From Pseudomonadota bacterium (GTDB lineage Bacteria; Bdellovibrionota; Bdellovibrionia; Bdellovibrionales; SG-bin7), in NCBI GenBank assembly GCA_034439715.1, contig JAWXAY010000100.1:1-64000 (forward strand): a stretch of 64,000 nt of DNA, written 5' to 3'. Under the pieces are notes generated by a model. That model did no database searches. It worked only from the letters and a program-made list of their open reading frames with translations, and was not told where the DNA came from. Position numbers and translations under genes: made by a program. Position 1 is the stretch's first letter. The number at the start of each line of letters is the position of its first letter. Positions 48,928 to 58,350 of the stretch are shown here, piece after piece.

Positions 48928-49599
48928 GTGAAGTATACATATCTCCTGCTTTTATTTTGGATTAACAACGCTTTTTCAGAGATGCCCAACCCAGTTATCC
49001 GAGGAGATCGAAAGGTAGCAAAAGTGGCGTTAACTTTTGATGCTTGCCCAACAATTCCTCAGGGAAAACTTGAAGAGCGCGTGATAGAAATTTTAAAAAG
49101 AACTCAAACGCCGGCCACGCTATTTATTAGCGGGCGCTGGGCCAAAAAGCAAAAACGTCTGGTTAAAAAACTGAGTCAAAATCCACTTTTTGAAATTGCC
49201 AACCATTCTTATTCGCACCCACATTTTTTAGAAAAAAAAGATGAGGAAATAAAATGGGAGCTCGAAGAAACCCAAAAAATACTAAAATCAATCACGGGTA
49301 AAACGCCCACACTTTATCGTCCGCCCTTTGGTGAATATGACGAAAACACGGTTAAAGTCGCAAAGGAACTTGGGCTAACGACTGTTGAGTATGATTTGCC
49401 GTCGGGAGATCCTGACCCTAACTTTACAAAAGAAGTTTTAGAAAAATCAGTTGTCACAAAAGCCAGAAATGGTTCAATAGTAGTGATGCACATGAACACC
49501 AGGGGCATTCACACAGGAGAAGCTCTCGAAGAAATAATCAAGGGCCTAAAAAAAAGAGGCTTTACACTCGTTAAAGTGTCAGATTTATTTGATCGGTAA
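48928..49599 (+). CDS. Secreted CE4 polysaccharide deacetylase
   Basis: ALTFDAC, NHSYSHP, YRPPFG, GSIVVMH. Confidence 0.9.
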   Translation: MKYTYLLLLFWINNAFSEMPNPVIRGDRKVAKVALTFDACPTIPQGKLEERVIEILKRTQTPATLFISGRWAKKQKRLVKKLSQNPLFEIANHSYSHPHFLEKKDEEIKWELEETQKILKSITGKTPTLYRPPFGEYDENTVKVAKELGLTTVEYDLPSGDPDPNFTKEVLEKSVVTKARNGSIVVMHMNTRGIHTGEALEEIIKGLKKRGFTLVKVSDLFDR

Positions 49600-49644
49600 A
49601 AAGTCTAGTGCTGCCCGACGTTAGCCCGAAAATAAAAGCAGCCA

Positions 49645-49672
49645 TAATGATTTGAAAGGTCTGTGCCGAATA
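49645..49672 (+). promoter_or_regulatory. Possible sigma28 promoter
   Basis: TAATG-N15-GCCGAATA upstream of the TolQ-like gene. Confidence 0.4.
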
Positions 49673-49708
49673 GACTCGTGAGTTATCTAACTACTCAGGA
49701 GTGTTAAT

Positions 49709-50410
49709 ATGGCTATGGCAATCATTGGTTTTATATCTCTATATCATGTCGCCGAGTTTTTTATTGGCTTGGTAGGCGTCTTTGGAATTGCCCTCGTTTT
49801 AGAGCGATTCAAGGCCCTCTATTTTGTCTATCCTATCAAGACCAAAGAATTTATGGATCAAGTTTTAGACTTGCTTTCAAATGACAAACGAGAAGAAGCC
49901 ATCGCACTGTGTGCAACATATAAAGAAAAGCCTCTTCCCTACGTTATTAAACGAATTCTTGAGCGATCAGATAGAGACGATGAATCCATAAGGATGTCTT
50001 ATGATATTGGCACCTCAGAGGTAGCTCCTGGTATAATAAGACACCTCAATCACTTACCGATGATCTCAAATGTTGTAACTCTGATAGGTCTATTGGGGAC
50101 AGTTGCGGGTCTTATTATAGCGTTTGACGCCTTAAGCTTGGCCGATGCCTCTCAAAGAAATACCGTACTCACGCAAGGCATTTCGCTCGCCATGACTGCT
50201 ACGGCGGCCGGTCTTGCGGTTGCAATTCCTGTTATGTTTATATATTCCTTTTTATACACTCGCCAAACTAAACTTTTTTCAGAAATAGATAATAATGCTC
50301 TTAAAGTGATGGAACATCTTTTTGATCGTGGAAATGGTTTTGATGTTGATAAAGTGTATCCTTCACGAGGGTCAGCACCTCCGCCACCTAAAACTAAGCA
50401 GTCAGCCTAA
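49709..50410 (+). CDS. MotA/TolQ/ExbB proton channel protein (AglR-like)
   Basis: NV.TLIGLLGTV.GLI..F, GIS.AM.ATA.GL.VAIP. Confidence 0.9.
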   Translation: MAMAIIGFISLYHVAEFFIGLVGVFGIALVLERFKALYFVYPIKTKEFMDQVLDLLSNDKREEAIALCATYKEKPLPYVIKRILERSDRDDESIRMSYDIGTSEVAPGIIRHLNHLPMISNVVTLIGLLGTVAGLIIAFDALSLADASQRNTVLTQGISLAMTATAAGLAVAIPVMFIYSFLYTRQTKLFSEIDNNALKVMEHLFDRGNGFDVDKVYPSRGSAPPPPKTKQSA

Positions 50411-50422
50411 TCGAGGTCACAC

Positions 50423-50959
50423 ATGCGTTGGAAAAAGACTAGGGCCTCAGACAATACTTTTGATATTAATTTGGCTCCAGTTTTGGATATTATTATTTCA
50501 ATAGTATCGCTCTTACTTTTTAGCGTGGCGCTTATCGAAATCAAAATGATAGAAACATCCGTTCCTCAAGTCGTTAAGGACATGGTAGAAAAAATTGAAA
50601 AACAAGAAGAGCTGGCGCAAATTCAATTAAAAATGTCCAAGAAAAATGGTTTTACTTTTGAGATCGACAACAAAGGGAATAAAGAATCAGTGGCTGTGCC
50701 CCTTTCAACTGGTAAACCTGATTACGTGAAACTCCAAGAAGAAGGCAGCAAAATTAAGAAACGCTATCCCGCTGTATTTTCCCTTTCTGTTTTGCCCGAA
50801 AAAGATTGGTCCATGTCAGAAATTGTTTCCACTCTTGATCATGTTCGAAAAATGTCTCCTCAGCAGACAGTTGAAATTCAAGACCCGACAAATGGCAATA
50901 AAGTTTCTACGGATTTTATGTTTCCAAACGTGGTCTTTGCCAATATTTTAGGAGAGTAA
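50423..50959 (+). CDS. ExbD/TolR family protein (AglQ-like)
   Basis: DINLAPVLDII with the conserved TM Asp; C-terminal FP.VVF. Confidence 0.85.
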   Translation: MRWKKTRASDNTFDINLAPVLDIIISIVSLLLFSVALIEIKMIETSVPQVVKDMVEKIEKQEELAQIQLKMSKKNGFTFEIDNKGNKESVAVPLSTGKPDYVKLQEEGSKIKKRYPAVFSLSVLPEKDWSMSEIVSTLDHVRKMSPQQTVEIQDPTNGNKVSTDFMFPNVVFANILGE

Positions 50960-50963
50960 TATT

Positions 50964-51467
50964 GTGGGAATGAAAAGGCATCTTGATCGCAGAAACTCTT
51001 CTAGTTTTAAAATTCAAATTACTTCACTTGTTGACGTTTTTGTAATTATGCTGGTGTTTTTGCTCAAAAGCTACTCTACAAATCCAATTGCTATCTCAGT
51101 CTCCAAAGATCTCACTTTGCCAGAGTCTTCAAGCACCGTAGATCCTAAAGAGATTATCAATCTTGTGGTAGCGCGCACCGGAATTTTTGTTGATAGTGAA
51201 AAAATTTTGGATCTTGTCGATGGGGTTATAAATCCAAAAGATGTGGATCCCAAAGATAACTCAAACTTACCGTTATTATTTAAAGTCCTCGACGATCACG
51301 CTGGTCGACTCAGAAAAATTGCAAACGTCAACGAAACTGTCGAATTCGACGGGAATGTCCTCCTTCAAGCAGATCGCTCTGTGCCTTATGAGCTTTTGCA
51401 AAAAGTAATGTACACTTCGATGATGGCTGGCTACGCCAACGTAAAGCTCGCTGTCTACGCAAAGTAA
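50964..51467 (+). CDS. ExbD/TolR family protein (AglS-like)
   Basis: ITSLVDVF..MLVFLLKSYS, L.LP.S, QAD...Y..L.KVMYT...AGY. Confidence 0.88.
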   Translation: MGMKRHLDRRNSSSFKIQITSLVDVFVIMLVFLLKSYSTNPIAISVSKDLTLPESSSTVDPKEIINLVVARTGIFVDSEKILDLVDGVINPKDVDPKDNSNLPLLFKVLDDHAGRLRKIANVNETVEFDGNVLLQADRSVPYELLQKVMYTSMMAGYANVKLAVYAK

Positions 51468-51537
51468 ATAATTAATTCGTTGACCGACCATCTCAAGTTA
51501 AACATAATCTCATTGAATTTTTATAATGGAGGAACTT

Positions 51538-52140
51538 ATGAAATTAAGAGGTTTTATTTTGTCATTGTTTTTATGCGGACAAACTTTTGCCGCTACTTAC
51601 ATTATCGATCCGGCTCATACCGGCGTGCAGTTTAAAATTAAGCATTTAATGGTCTCAAATGTGTCCGGGCGATTTGAGGGGTTTGAGGGAGCTTTCGATT
51701 TTGACGAAAAATCAGGAAAACTCGAAAAGGTGACTACAAAAATTAATATTGATACCATCGATACTAACGAGAAAAAACGGGACACTCACCTTAAAAGCCC
51801 AGATTTTTTTGGTGTGAGAGATGCTAAAAATAATCTTGTTTCTAAAAATCAATACATGACCTTTACAAGCAAGAAAGTTGAAATGTCAGGTGATAAGCCA
51901 ACTAAAGTTGTGGGCGATCTTTCGATGAACGGCATTACTAAAGAAGTGAGTCTCAATGTCGTTTATAATGGTGCCGCCAAAGATCCTTGGGGTAATGAAC
52001 GTATAGGTTTCGAGGCTACTACAGAACTTAAGCGTAAGGATTTTAACCTTACATGGAACAAAAATTTAGACGCTGGTGGAGTTGTGGTTGGTGATGATGT
52101 AAAAGTCATCATAGAAGGCGAAGCGATTAAGAAAAAATAG
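51538..52140 (+). CDS. YceI family protein
   Basis: IDPAHT.V.F.IKHLMVS.V.G.F, RD.HLKS.DFF, DPWG. Confidence 0.93.
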   Translation: MKLRGFILSLFLCGQTFAATYIIDPAHTGVQFKIKHLMVSNVSGRFEGFEGAFDFDEKSGKLEKVTTKINIDTIDTNEKKRDTHLKSPDFFGVRDAKNNLVSKNQYMTFTSKKVEMSGDKPTKVVGDLSMNGITKEVSLNVVYNGAAKDPWGNERIGFEATTELKRKDFNLTWNKNLDAGGVVVGDDVKVIIEGEAIKKK

Positions 52141-52150
52141 GTATGATTTA

Positions 52151-52621
52151 ATGATGACAGCTTTGGTGTTTTTACATGCGAGTATTGGCGAGGTGGCCGC
52201 TTTAGCTTTTCTTTGGGTGTCAATCGAACTGTTTGAGCCAACCGCCACTCGAATTAAACGCGCCACGGCTGTTTCGTTGGTAGGGGTTATAGCCACGTTT
52301 TTGTGTTGGATACTTGGCGGAGCTTACTACGTGATTCATTATGTTGATTTTGTACGGCCCGTTATAAAGTCAGGGCCCTACCCATGGGCGCAAGAGATTA
52401 TGATGGAAATAAAGCAACATATTTTTTTGCTAATTCCATTTTTAGCTTTGATGGTCTATCTGCTTATTCGTCAATCTAGTCGAGAAATTATTTTAGATAA
52501 AACAATGCGACGTCGGACAATCGTCTTATCTTTGGTCACTTTCTTTTTATGTTTCTTGATGACGGCACTTGGTTACCTTACTTCGTTTGGAGCCAGGAGA
52601 GCACTTGAAGGACTCTTGTGA
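52151..52621 (+). CDS. Four-TM hypothetical membrane protein
   Basis: Four hydrophobic helices; H...G, YY..HY and GP.PW..MME.K.H motifs. Confidence 0.7.
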   Translation: MMTALVFLHASIGEVAALAFLWVSIELFEPTATRIKRATAVSLVGVIATFLCWILGGAYYVIHYVDFVRPVIKSGPYPWAQEIMMEIKQHIFLLIPFLALMVYLLIRQSSREIILDKTMRRRTIVLSLVTFFLCFLMTALGYLTSFGARRALEGLL

Positions 52622-52923
52622 GTAACCGTAAAATTTCTAGCGCAGCGTTTGCCTTTTTTTCTGTTTGTTTTTTCTTAGTGGCTATTTCCTTCTTAGAAGG
52701 CCTTTCAATTTCACCTTATAATTTCATTCCTATAGCGAGAAAATACCCCTGGGTTGCAAAAAGCTTGTTTTTACTCGTCGTATTTTGGTTGATTTATGCG
52801 GGATCTTTGACAACCGGAAAGTCATTTAGTTTAAAACGTAGCGCCAATCTCGTAATTATAAGTTCCTTAGTCACAGTTATTACACTATCGAGTTTCTATA
52901 TCGTTATATATTTTATCCATTGA
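52618..52923 (+). CDS. Three-TM hypothetical membrane protein
   Basis: GTGA overlap with the upstream gene; hydrophobic helices; C-terminal His. Confidence 0.6.
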   Translation: MSNRKISSAAFAFFSVCFFLVAISFLEGLSISPYNFIPIARKYPWVAKSLFLLVVFWLIYAGSLTTGKSFSLKRSANLVIISSLVTVITLSSFYIVIYFIH

Positions 52924-53003
52924 CAAAAGGCCAGCTCATTTAGCAATGGGTTTAGCCGTTAGTTGCGTAGACCGATTGAAAAAGAATCCCTAAGATTTAA
53001 TAC

Positions 53004-53882
53004 ATGCATAAACTAATATTAGTTTCACTGTTGTTGGCACTTTCAACTCAGTCACATTCCGCATATCAAGATTATGACGAAATTCTTTCAAAAATTGCAA
53101 TCTTGGAGACAAAGTCGACTCATTTAAAATCATTTAAGTTGGGCTCGTCCAATGCCGGAAAAGAAATTGTCGGTGTTACAGTTGGAGTGGGACCCGTCAA
53201 TCACATCTTGGTTTCAACTCATCACGGGAATGAATATGGTTCGGCAGAGGTCGCGATGGCATTTATTGAAGAAGTTTCAGTGCGTCCCCTCGATGGCATT
53301 ACGTTACACATTATTCCTGTTTTAAATATCGAAGGGTATAATGATCGCGAGCGGCTTGAGCGTGCAAAAGGAAAATATTATGATCCCAACCGAGACTATC
53401 CGGGGCCGTGCGGATCAGCGGGACCTTTTAATTTAAAATCCACTCAAGCGTTGGCTGATTATATTGCTGCAACCAATATCGTAGCAAGCGCAACACTTCA
53501 TACTTTCTACCCTGCTGTTGTTTATCCCTGGGGTTTTTCGACAAGGGATACGGCAACTCCTTATGACGAGTTATTTAAGTTTTTAGGAGGGCTGGCTACT
53601 GAGTGGAGCAAATATACTGTAGGAAACTCGACAGAGGTAATTTACCCGGCTAACGGAACTTACGAAGACTACGCATTTTGGAAACACGGAATATGGTCAT
53701 TATTGTTTGAGCTTGGTGGATCTCATTCACCCACCGAAAGAGAAATCGAAACTATGAGCAGCGAAAATGTGCCAGGACTCGTAAAATTTTTTGCAGGTTC
53801 ACCTAAAGAGCGCGCAACGGATCACAATTTCAAGGGTAAGTGCGATTCATCCTTAAATGTTTTAGATCGGCATGACGAGTAA
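53004..53882 (+). CDS. Secreted M14 family zinc carboxypeptidase
   Basis: HHGNE, PVLN..GY, DPNRDY, LHT, FELG. Confidence 0.88.
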   Translation: MHKLILVSLLLALSTQSHSAYQDYDEILSKIAILETKSTHLKSFKLGSSNAGKEIVGVTVGVGPVNHILVSTHHGNEYGSAEVAMAFIEEVSVRPLDGITLHIIPVLNIEGYNDRERLERAKGKYYDPNRDYPGPCGSAGPFNLKSTQALADYIAATNIVASATLHTFYPAVVYPWGFSTRDTATPYDELFKFLGGLATEWSKYTVGNSTEVIYPANGTYEDYAFWKHGIWSLLFELGGSHSPTEREIETMSSENVPGLVKFFAGSPKERATDHNFKGKCDSSLNVLDRHDE

Positions 53883-54022
53883 TCACATCGTGACTAGATT
53901 AAAGATCTGAAAAAGTCTTAATGATGGACCAAAGTCCAAAACAGGATAGCATAATCACTTAGAGCGGCTCTCTCTGTCGTATATACTATGGTGTATAAAG
54001 AAAATTCATTAATTTTAGGATC

Positions 54023-54598
54023 TTGAGAAGTGATAAAGGGAAAGGCAAAAAATTGAAAACGATTTTTGTGATATTGGCATTGGGCTTTTCACAAAATACA
54101 TCAGCACAGTCAGCCAGCGGTGCCGGCTATTTTGGATTTGCATATGGGCTTAGCGTGCCAGATGCGCAAAACACTGTTGATCATAGGCTATCGGGCGTTA
54201 TTGGCGGCGGTAAAGTTTCAGAAACAACCTCTTTTGGAGGATATCATTTGGAATCCACTAGTGAGGATGGCCCAAATAGCACTAAATTTAATTATGGAAT
54301 TACGGGCCTTGAAGGCCGCTTAAACCTCACAACGGGTGAGAAGCAGGTTTACATTGGCATTCGCACGGGAGTCGCTAAAATAAATACCGCAATTAGTGGC
54401 AATACCGTTGTCTTTTCGCCCTATCATTGGGGAATTATGGGGGGCTACAGTTACAATATTTATTGGCGCCTTAACTTTGGCATAGAGGGCAGCTATATAG
54501 CTTTTGAACGGTCCCAAACTTCAAGTGCAGGCACCGAAGTAGAGCTTCAGCCTTTTCATATCATCAATTTTTTGGCCATGATGACGGTTGCTTTCTAA
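54023..54598 (+). CDS. Small outer-membrane beta-barrel protein
   Basis: Signal peptide; about 8 amphipathic strands; terminal Phe. Confidence 0.7.
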   Translation: MRSDKGKGKKLKTIFVILALGFSQNTSAQSASGAGYFGFAYGLSVPDAQNTVDHRLSGVIGGGKVSETTSFGGYHLESTSEDGPNSTKFNYGITGLEGRLNLTTGEKQVYIGIRTGVAKINTAISGNTVVFSPYHWGIMGGYSYNIYWRLNFGIEGSYIAFERSQTSSAGTEVELQPFHIINFLAMMTVAF

Positions 54599-54675
54599 AA
54601 TTCCCTCCTGATAGTGAAAAATATACCTGGCCATTAATTACCTTTTATGCGTGGCGTAGAAAAACGTCGTTTGGT

Positions 54676-55722
54676 GTGGTAAAACGCCTGATGCAAATCG
54701 TATTTAAACTTTTGATATTTTTGGCGGCCTTAGGTTTTTACCAATTTGATGTCGTGTTCGCGCAGGAGGACCAGAAAGAACACCAGCTGGAAATTATTTC
54801 TGATGTTCCACCTAGTGTGGATCTTCAAGAGCAACCCGACCGGATTTCTCTAGAGGTCAAAATTAATGACCGTTCGGTTAAGCTACTTAAGAGTTCAATT
54901 CCAACGGAAGCCTTAGAAAGTTTTACCCTGCTCGGTATAGAATCGCAGACAGCTTTTTTGAGTCACCGAAAGGAAATTTTGGAACTCATGTCCAAAACCA
55001 TATATTACCCGGCTCTTGCTGCGGGTGTTGGGGTCGTCACCAAGAATAAAATTGTGAAATTTTTTAAATCCGGGCAGCCCCAAACAAGCTTGGCTAACTC
55101 CTCTGATGAAATAAGAATTTCTTTTTTGCAAATGGTAGAGTCAACACTCTGGAGTAATATCAAGCTAGTGCAAGACTCAAACGAATATGGCCTGCATTTG
55201 AACGTGGGATTAGTAGGGGTGATGGGCGCTTTCAACAAGGGTCGCGGTGGTGCCTTGGGGCTATTTATGAATTTTTCTTATAACAAAGAGCAGAGAGCCC
55301 TAGCTTTTGAAATTGGTTTTGAGCAAGAAAGCTATCATCGTTCGGTGCCTGGCGCGGTGAACTTTGCTTTGTTTTGGAAGGCTTATCCTTATCTCAGTTA
55401 TGTAGACAAAAATAAGTTTCATAGCAGATCAAACGGTTTATCTAACTATCCCCCTGGCATTTTGGGTTCAACGACAATCGACAATAAATTTTTTGGATTG
55501 GGCTATACCGACTCTCCTATAGGATTTCCAAGTATTTTTTCGGCATTTATGTACTACCAAAATAAAGTCACAAGAACAACCTTGGTTCGATTTTCACTCT
55601 CTCGCTCGGGTGTTTCAATGAACTCCGTAATTACTGAGGTCGTATTTGAAAAAATCGCTCAATTGAAGGATATATTTAAATTGAAAGCAAAGGCCCTGCC
55701 ATCCTGCCACGGAATCTTCTAA
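54676..55722 (+). CDS. Secreted hypothetical protein
   Basis: Signal peptide ending VFA; beta-rich centre; C-terminal SCHGIF. Confidence 0.7.
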   Translation: MVKRLMQIVFKLLIFLAALGFYQFDVVFAQEDQKEHQLEIISDVPPSVDLQEQPDRISLEVKINDRSVKLLKSSIPTEALESFTLLGIESQTAFLSHRKEILELMSKTIYYPALAAGVGVVTKNKIVKFFKSGQPQTSLANSSDEIRISFLQMVESTLWSNIKLVQDSNEYGLHLNVGLVGVMGAFNKGRGGALGLFMNFSYNKEQRALAFEIGFEQESYHRSVPGAVNFALFWKAYPYLSYVDKNKFHSRSNGLSNYPPGILGSTTIDNKFFGLGYTDSPIGFPSIFSAFMYYQNKVTRTTLVRFSLSRSGVSMNSVITEVVFEKIAQLKDIFKLKAKALPSCHGIF

Positions 55723-56153
55723 TTTCCTAACGTACAGAAAAAACTTCGACGTTTGAATTCTTTTTCTCCACCATCGTTATCATAAAAACCAAAAGATATT
55801 GGCGTGTGATCTTTGTCGATATTTAGGGTAGCCATTGCCTTAGTCGCGCCAATATCGGTGGAATCTGCTTGATTGGGTTTTATGGTACTTCCGGTATACA
55901 TTTCTGGCACAGATCTAAAAGCGGTGTTTAGCTGCTCTATTGGATGAGTGAGACTAAATAAATCCTGGCTATAACTGAAAGTAACTTTAATCTGATGATT
56001 TGTTAGTAGTGATTCTTTCTCATTTTTTACTTCAATGATATTGACCCAACAAGGACTTTGATAATTATCAATTCCGGATAGTTTTCCTGTTTGAATGGCG
56101 GCCACTGAGTACGAGCCGGATAAGATTAAAACACCAGTTAATATAAACTTCAT
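55719..56153 (-). CDS. Secreted hypothetical protein
   Basis: GAGGTG RBS; signal peptide ending SVA. Confidence 0.7.
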   Translation of the reverse strand: MKFILTGVLILSGSYSVAAIQTGKLSGIDNYQSPCWVNIIEVKNEKESLLTNHQIKVTFSYSQDLFSLTHPIEQLNTAFRSVPEMYTGSTIKPNQADSTDIGATKAMATLNIDKDHTPISFGFYDNDGGEKEFKRRSFFCTLGN

Positions 56154-56180
56154 TAGTCACCTCTTGGTGGACAAATCTAT

Positions 56181-56196
56181 TGCAGGATATATGCCT
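56181..56196 (-). promoter_or_regulatory. Putative sigma54 promoter
   Basis: AGGCAT-ATATC-CTGCA (GG-N10-GC) 27 nt from ATG 56153. Confidence 0.45.
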
Positions 56197-56368
56197 GATT
56201 TTGAGAGGTTGAATAGAGATGAAAATCTGTAATTCAAATATAACATTTAGGAGCGACAAAAATAGTCATCAGCGGTCAATTTGGGGTCGCTTAGGAGATT
56301 GCCTGGACTAAAGACTTTGACGCGGGCTGGCCGTTGTGATCAATGCTCCCAAATGTCATAATTAAAAA

Positions 56369-57523
56369 ATGTATCCCATTTATATGGACAACCATGCGAC
56401 CACGAGAGTTGATGAACGCGTTTTAGCAGTAATGTTGCCGTATTTTTGTGAACACTATGGGAACTCCTCACTAACTATGCATCGCTATGCTCGGCGAGCG
56501 GAGAGTGCGGTAGATGGCGCTCGTCTTCAAGTAGCAAAAATCATAGGTGCGACCAAAGACGAAATATTTTTTACTGGCACTGCAACCGAATCCATAAATC
56601 TGGCCATCAAAGGGGCTGCGTTTGCAAACAAAAATCATGGCGAGCACATCATTACCTCGATGGCCGAACACAAGGCCGTACTAAATTCTTGCCAAAGCTT
56701 GGAGAAGCAGGGTTTTAAGGTGACTTACCTCAAGCCTGAAAGCGATGGGAGGATTCTGCCCGAAAAAGTTTTTACAGCAATCACCGATAGAACCATATTA
56801 GTAACTTTGATGCTCGCGAACAATGAAAACGGTGTCATCCATGATGTAAAAACAATTGGCAAGGAACTTTCGAAAAGAAAAATTTTATTTCACATCGACG
56901 CCGTCCAAGGAGTAGGAAAAATTCCTTTTGATGTGACATCTAGCCACTCCGACTATGTATCCCTTTCTGCACACAAAATGTATGGCCCAAAGGGTGTTGC
57001 TGCCCTCTTTATTCGTAAAAATCCGAACACATTAATGGAGCCACTAACTGATGGTGGTGGCCAAGAGCAGGGAATACGATCTGGAACTCACAATGTTTCA
57101 GGAATCGTAGGGTTTGGGGAGGCCTGTCGTATTGCGCAGGAAGAAATGCCTGAGGAGAGTCAGCGACTGCTTAATCTTCGCGAATCGTTGCATCAAAAAA
57201 TAATTAGTCAGCTCGACGGTGTTTTTCTTAATGGCCCCCTGGAAAACCGGTTACCTGGAAATCTCAATATGAGTTTTGCCGAAATTGAAGGAGATGTACT
57301 TCTCGCATCTCTCATAGAAATCGCAGTGTCCTCAGGTTCCGCTTGCTCTGCAGGTAATCAAAACAGCTCTCACGTTTTACGTGCCCAAGGCGTTCCTGAC
57401 GATTTAGCTAAGGCCGCCATCCGCTTCGGGTTAGGTCGATATAACACTCAGGAGGAAGTCGACTTTGCCGCACAACTTGTTATACGCCATGTAAAGCGAC
57501 TGCGCCAATTTTCTGCTTTCTAA
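56369..57523 (+). CDS. iscS: Cysteine desulfurase (IscS/NifS group I)
   Basis: YMDNHATT, EHKAV, NNENG, DAVQ, SAHKMYGPKG (PLP Lys), RSGT, SSGSAC (catalytic Cys). Confidence 0.93.
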   Translation: MYPIYMDNHATTRVDERVLAVMLPYFCEHYGNSSLTMHRYARRAESAVDGARLQVAKIIGATKDEIFFTGTATESINLAIKGAAFANKNHGEHIITSMAEHKAVLNSCQSLEKQGFKVTYLKPESDGRILPEKVFTAITDRTILVTLMLANNENGVIHDVKTIGKELSKRKILFHIDAVQGVGKIPFDVTSSHSDYVSLSAHKMYGPKGVAALFIRKNPNTLMEPLTDGGGQEQGIRSGTHNVSGIVGFGEACRIAQEEMPEESQRLLNLRESLHQKIISQLDGVFLNGPLENRLPGNLNMSFAEIEGDVLLASLIEIAVSSGSACSAGNQNSSHVLRAQGVPDDLAKAAIRFGLGRYNTQEEVDFAAQLVIRHVKRLRQFSAF

Positions 57524-58347
57524 AATTTTTCGATAACTGAGGCGTGTAGTTTCTTATTCTCACCGGACAGATTATGCACAAAATAAACGTCTTCCCCAAC
57601 TTGATAAGCTTTTGTCTGCACGTAACATTCATCAAATAGAAAGTAAGCTTTTTTAAGTTCGGCATTTATTTTCTTTAGGGGATGACTAAGGCCTTTAAGA
57701 AGAGAATCTCCTTTGTCAGTATTTGCTTGAACTAGATTTTCGCGTCCTCTTCCAACGATACCCATGAGCTCTACGAAACACCATTGATCAGCAACTTCGC
57801 AAAGGTGGCGGTGAATTGTAAGTGAAATATTCCCCTCAGCTAAGATCTCCCCCGACGTTTCAATTTCGCTGAGAAGCACAGGAACAACCCTATCTGGTGT
57901 GGTATCATCTATTTCATCTGGTCGAAGTTTTTTTAGTAAGGACCCCTCAACTTTGCCAGTAACCCCGGCTAAAGAGGCATCTAAGTGCGCAACTTTAAGT
58001 GCAAATAAAAGTATTTTAACTTTAGCAATTTGTTTTTCCGCAGTTCTGAACTCTATATTAAAATCTAAGAGTGTTCCATTTTTGCGAAGGGTGGCACCCT
58101 TAACTTCGACAGTAAAACCATCATCGTCAAAAAAATCAACTCGGTCTTGATAAGCTATATCGATACCAACGATTACCCAACTCAGCCCGTGATTTTTAAC
58201 TCCATCCCGAAAGCTAACAAAGTGTGTTCGCAGCCACCCCCACATAACATTAAAACTGACAGATAATAAGGAGCGCGATTGAAATTGATGGGGAGTGAAT
58301 TGGCTCGTATCAAATGGGTAGTCGACAGTATGTGAACGCGGCATCAA
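57520..58347 (-). CDS. Uncharacterised double-hotdog (acyl-thioesterase-like) protein
   Basis: GLSWVIVGIDIAY...F.D...V strand pattern in the first half; IHRHLCEVADQW.FVE.....GRE and LKK...ELKK...LFD in the second half. Confidence 0.55.
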   Translation of the reverse strand: MMPRSHTVDYPFDTSQFTPHQFQSRSLLSVSFNVMWGWLRTHFVSFRDGVKNHGLSWVIVGIDIAYQDRVDFFDDDGFTVEVKGATLRKNGTLLDFNIEFRTAEKQIAKVKILLFALKVAHLDASLAGVTGKVEGSLLKKLRPDEIDDTTPDRVVPVLLSEIETSGEILAEGNISLTIHRHLCEVADQWCFVELMGIVGRGRENLVQANTDKGDSLLKGLSHPLKKINAELKKAYFLFDECYVQTKAYQVGEDVYFVHNLSGENKKLHASVIEKF

Positions 58348-58350
58348 CGA

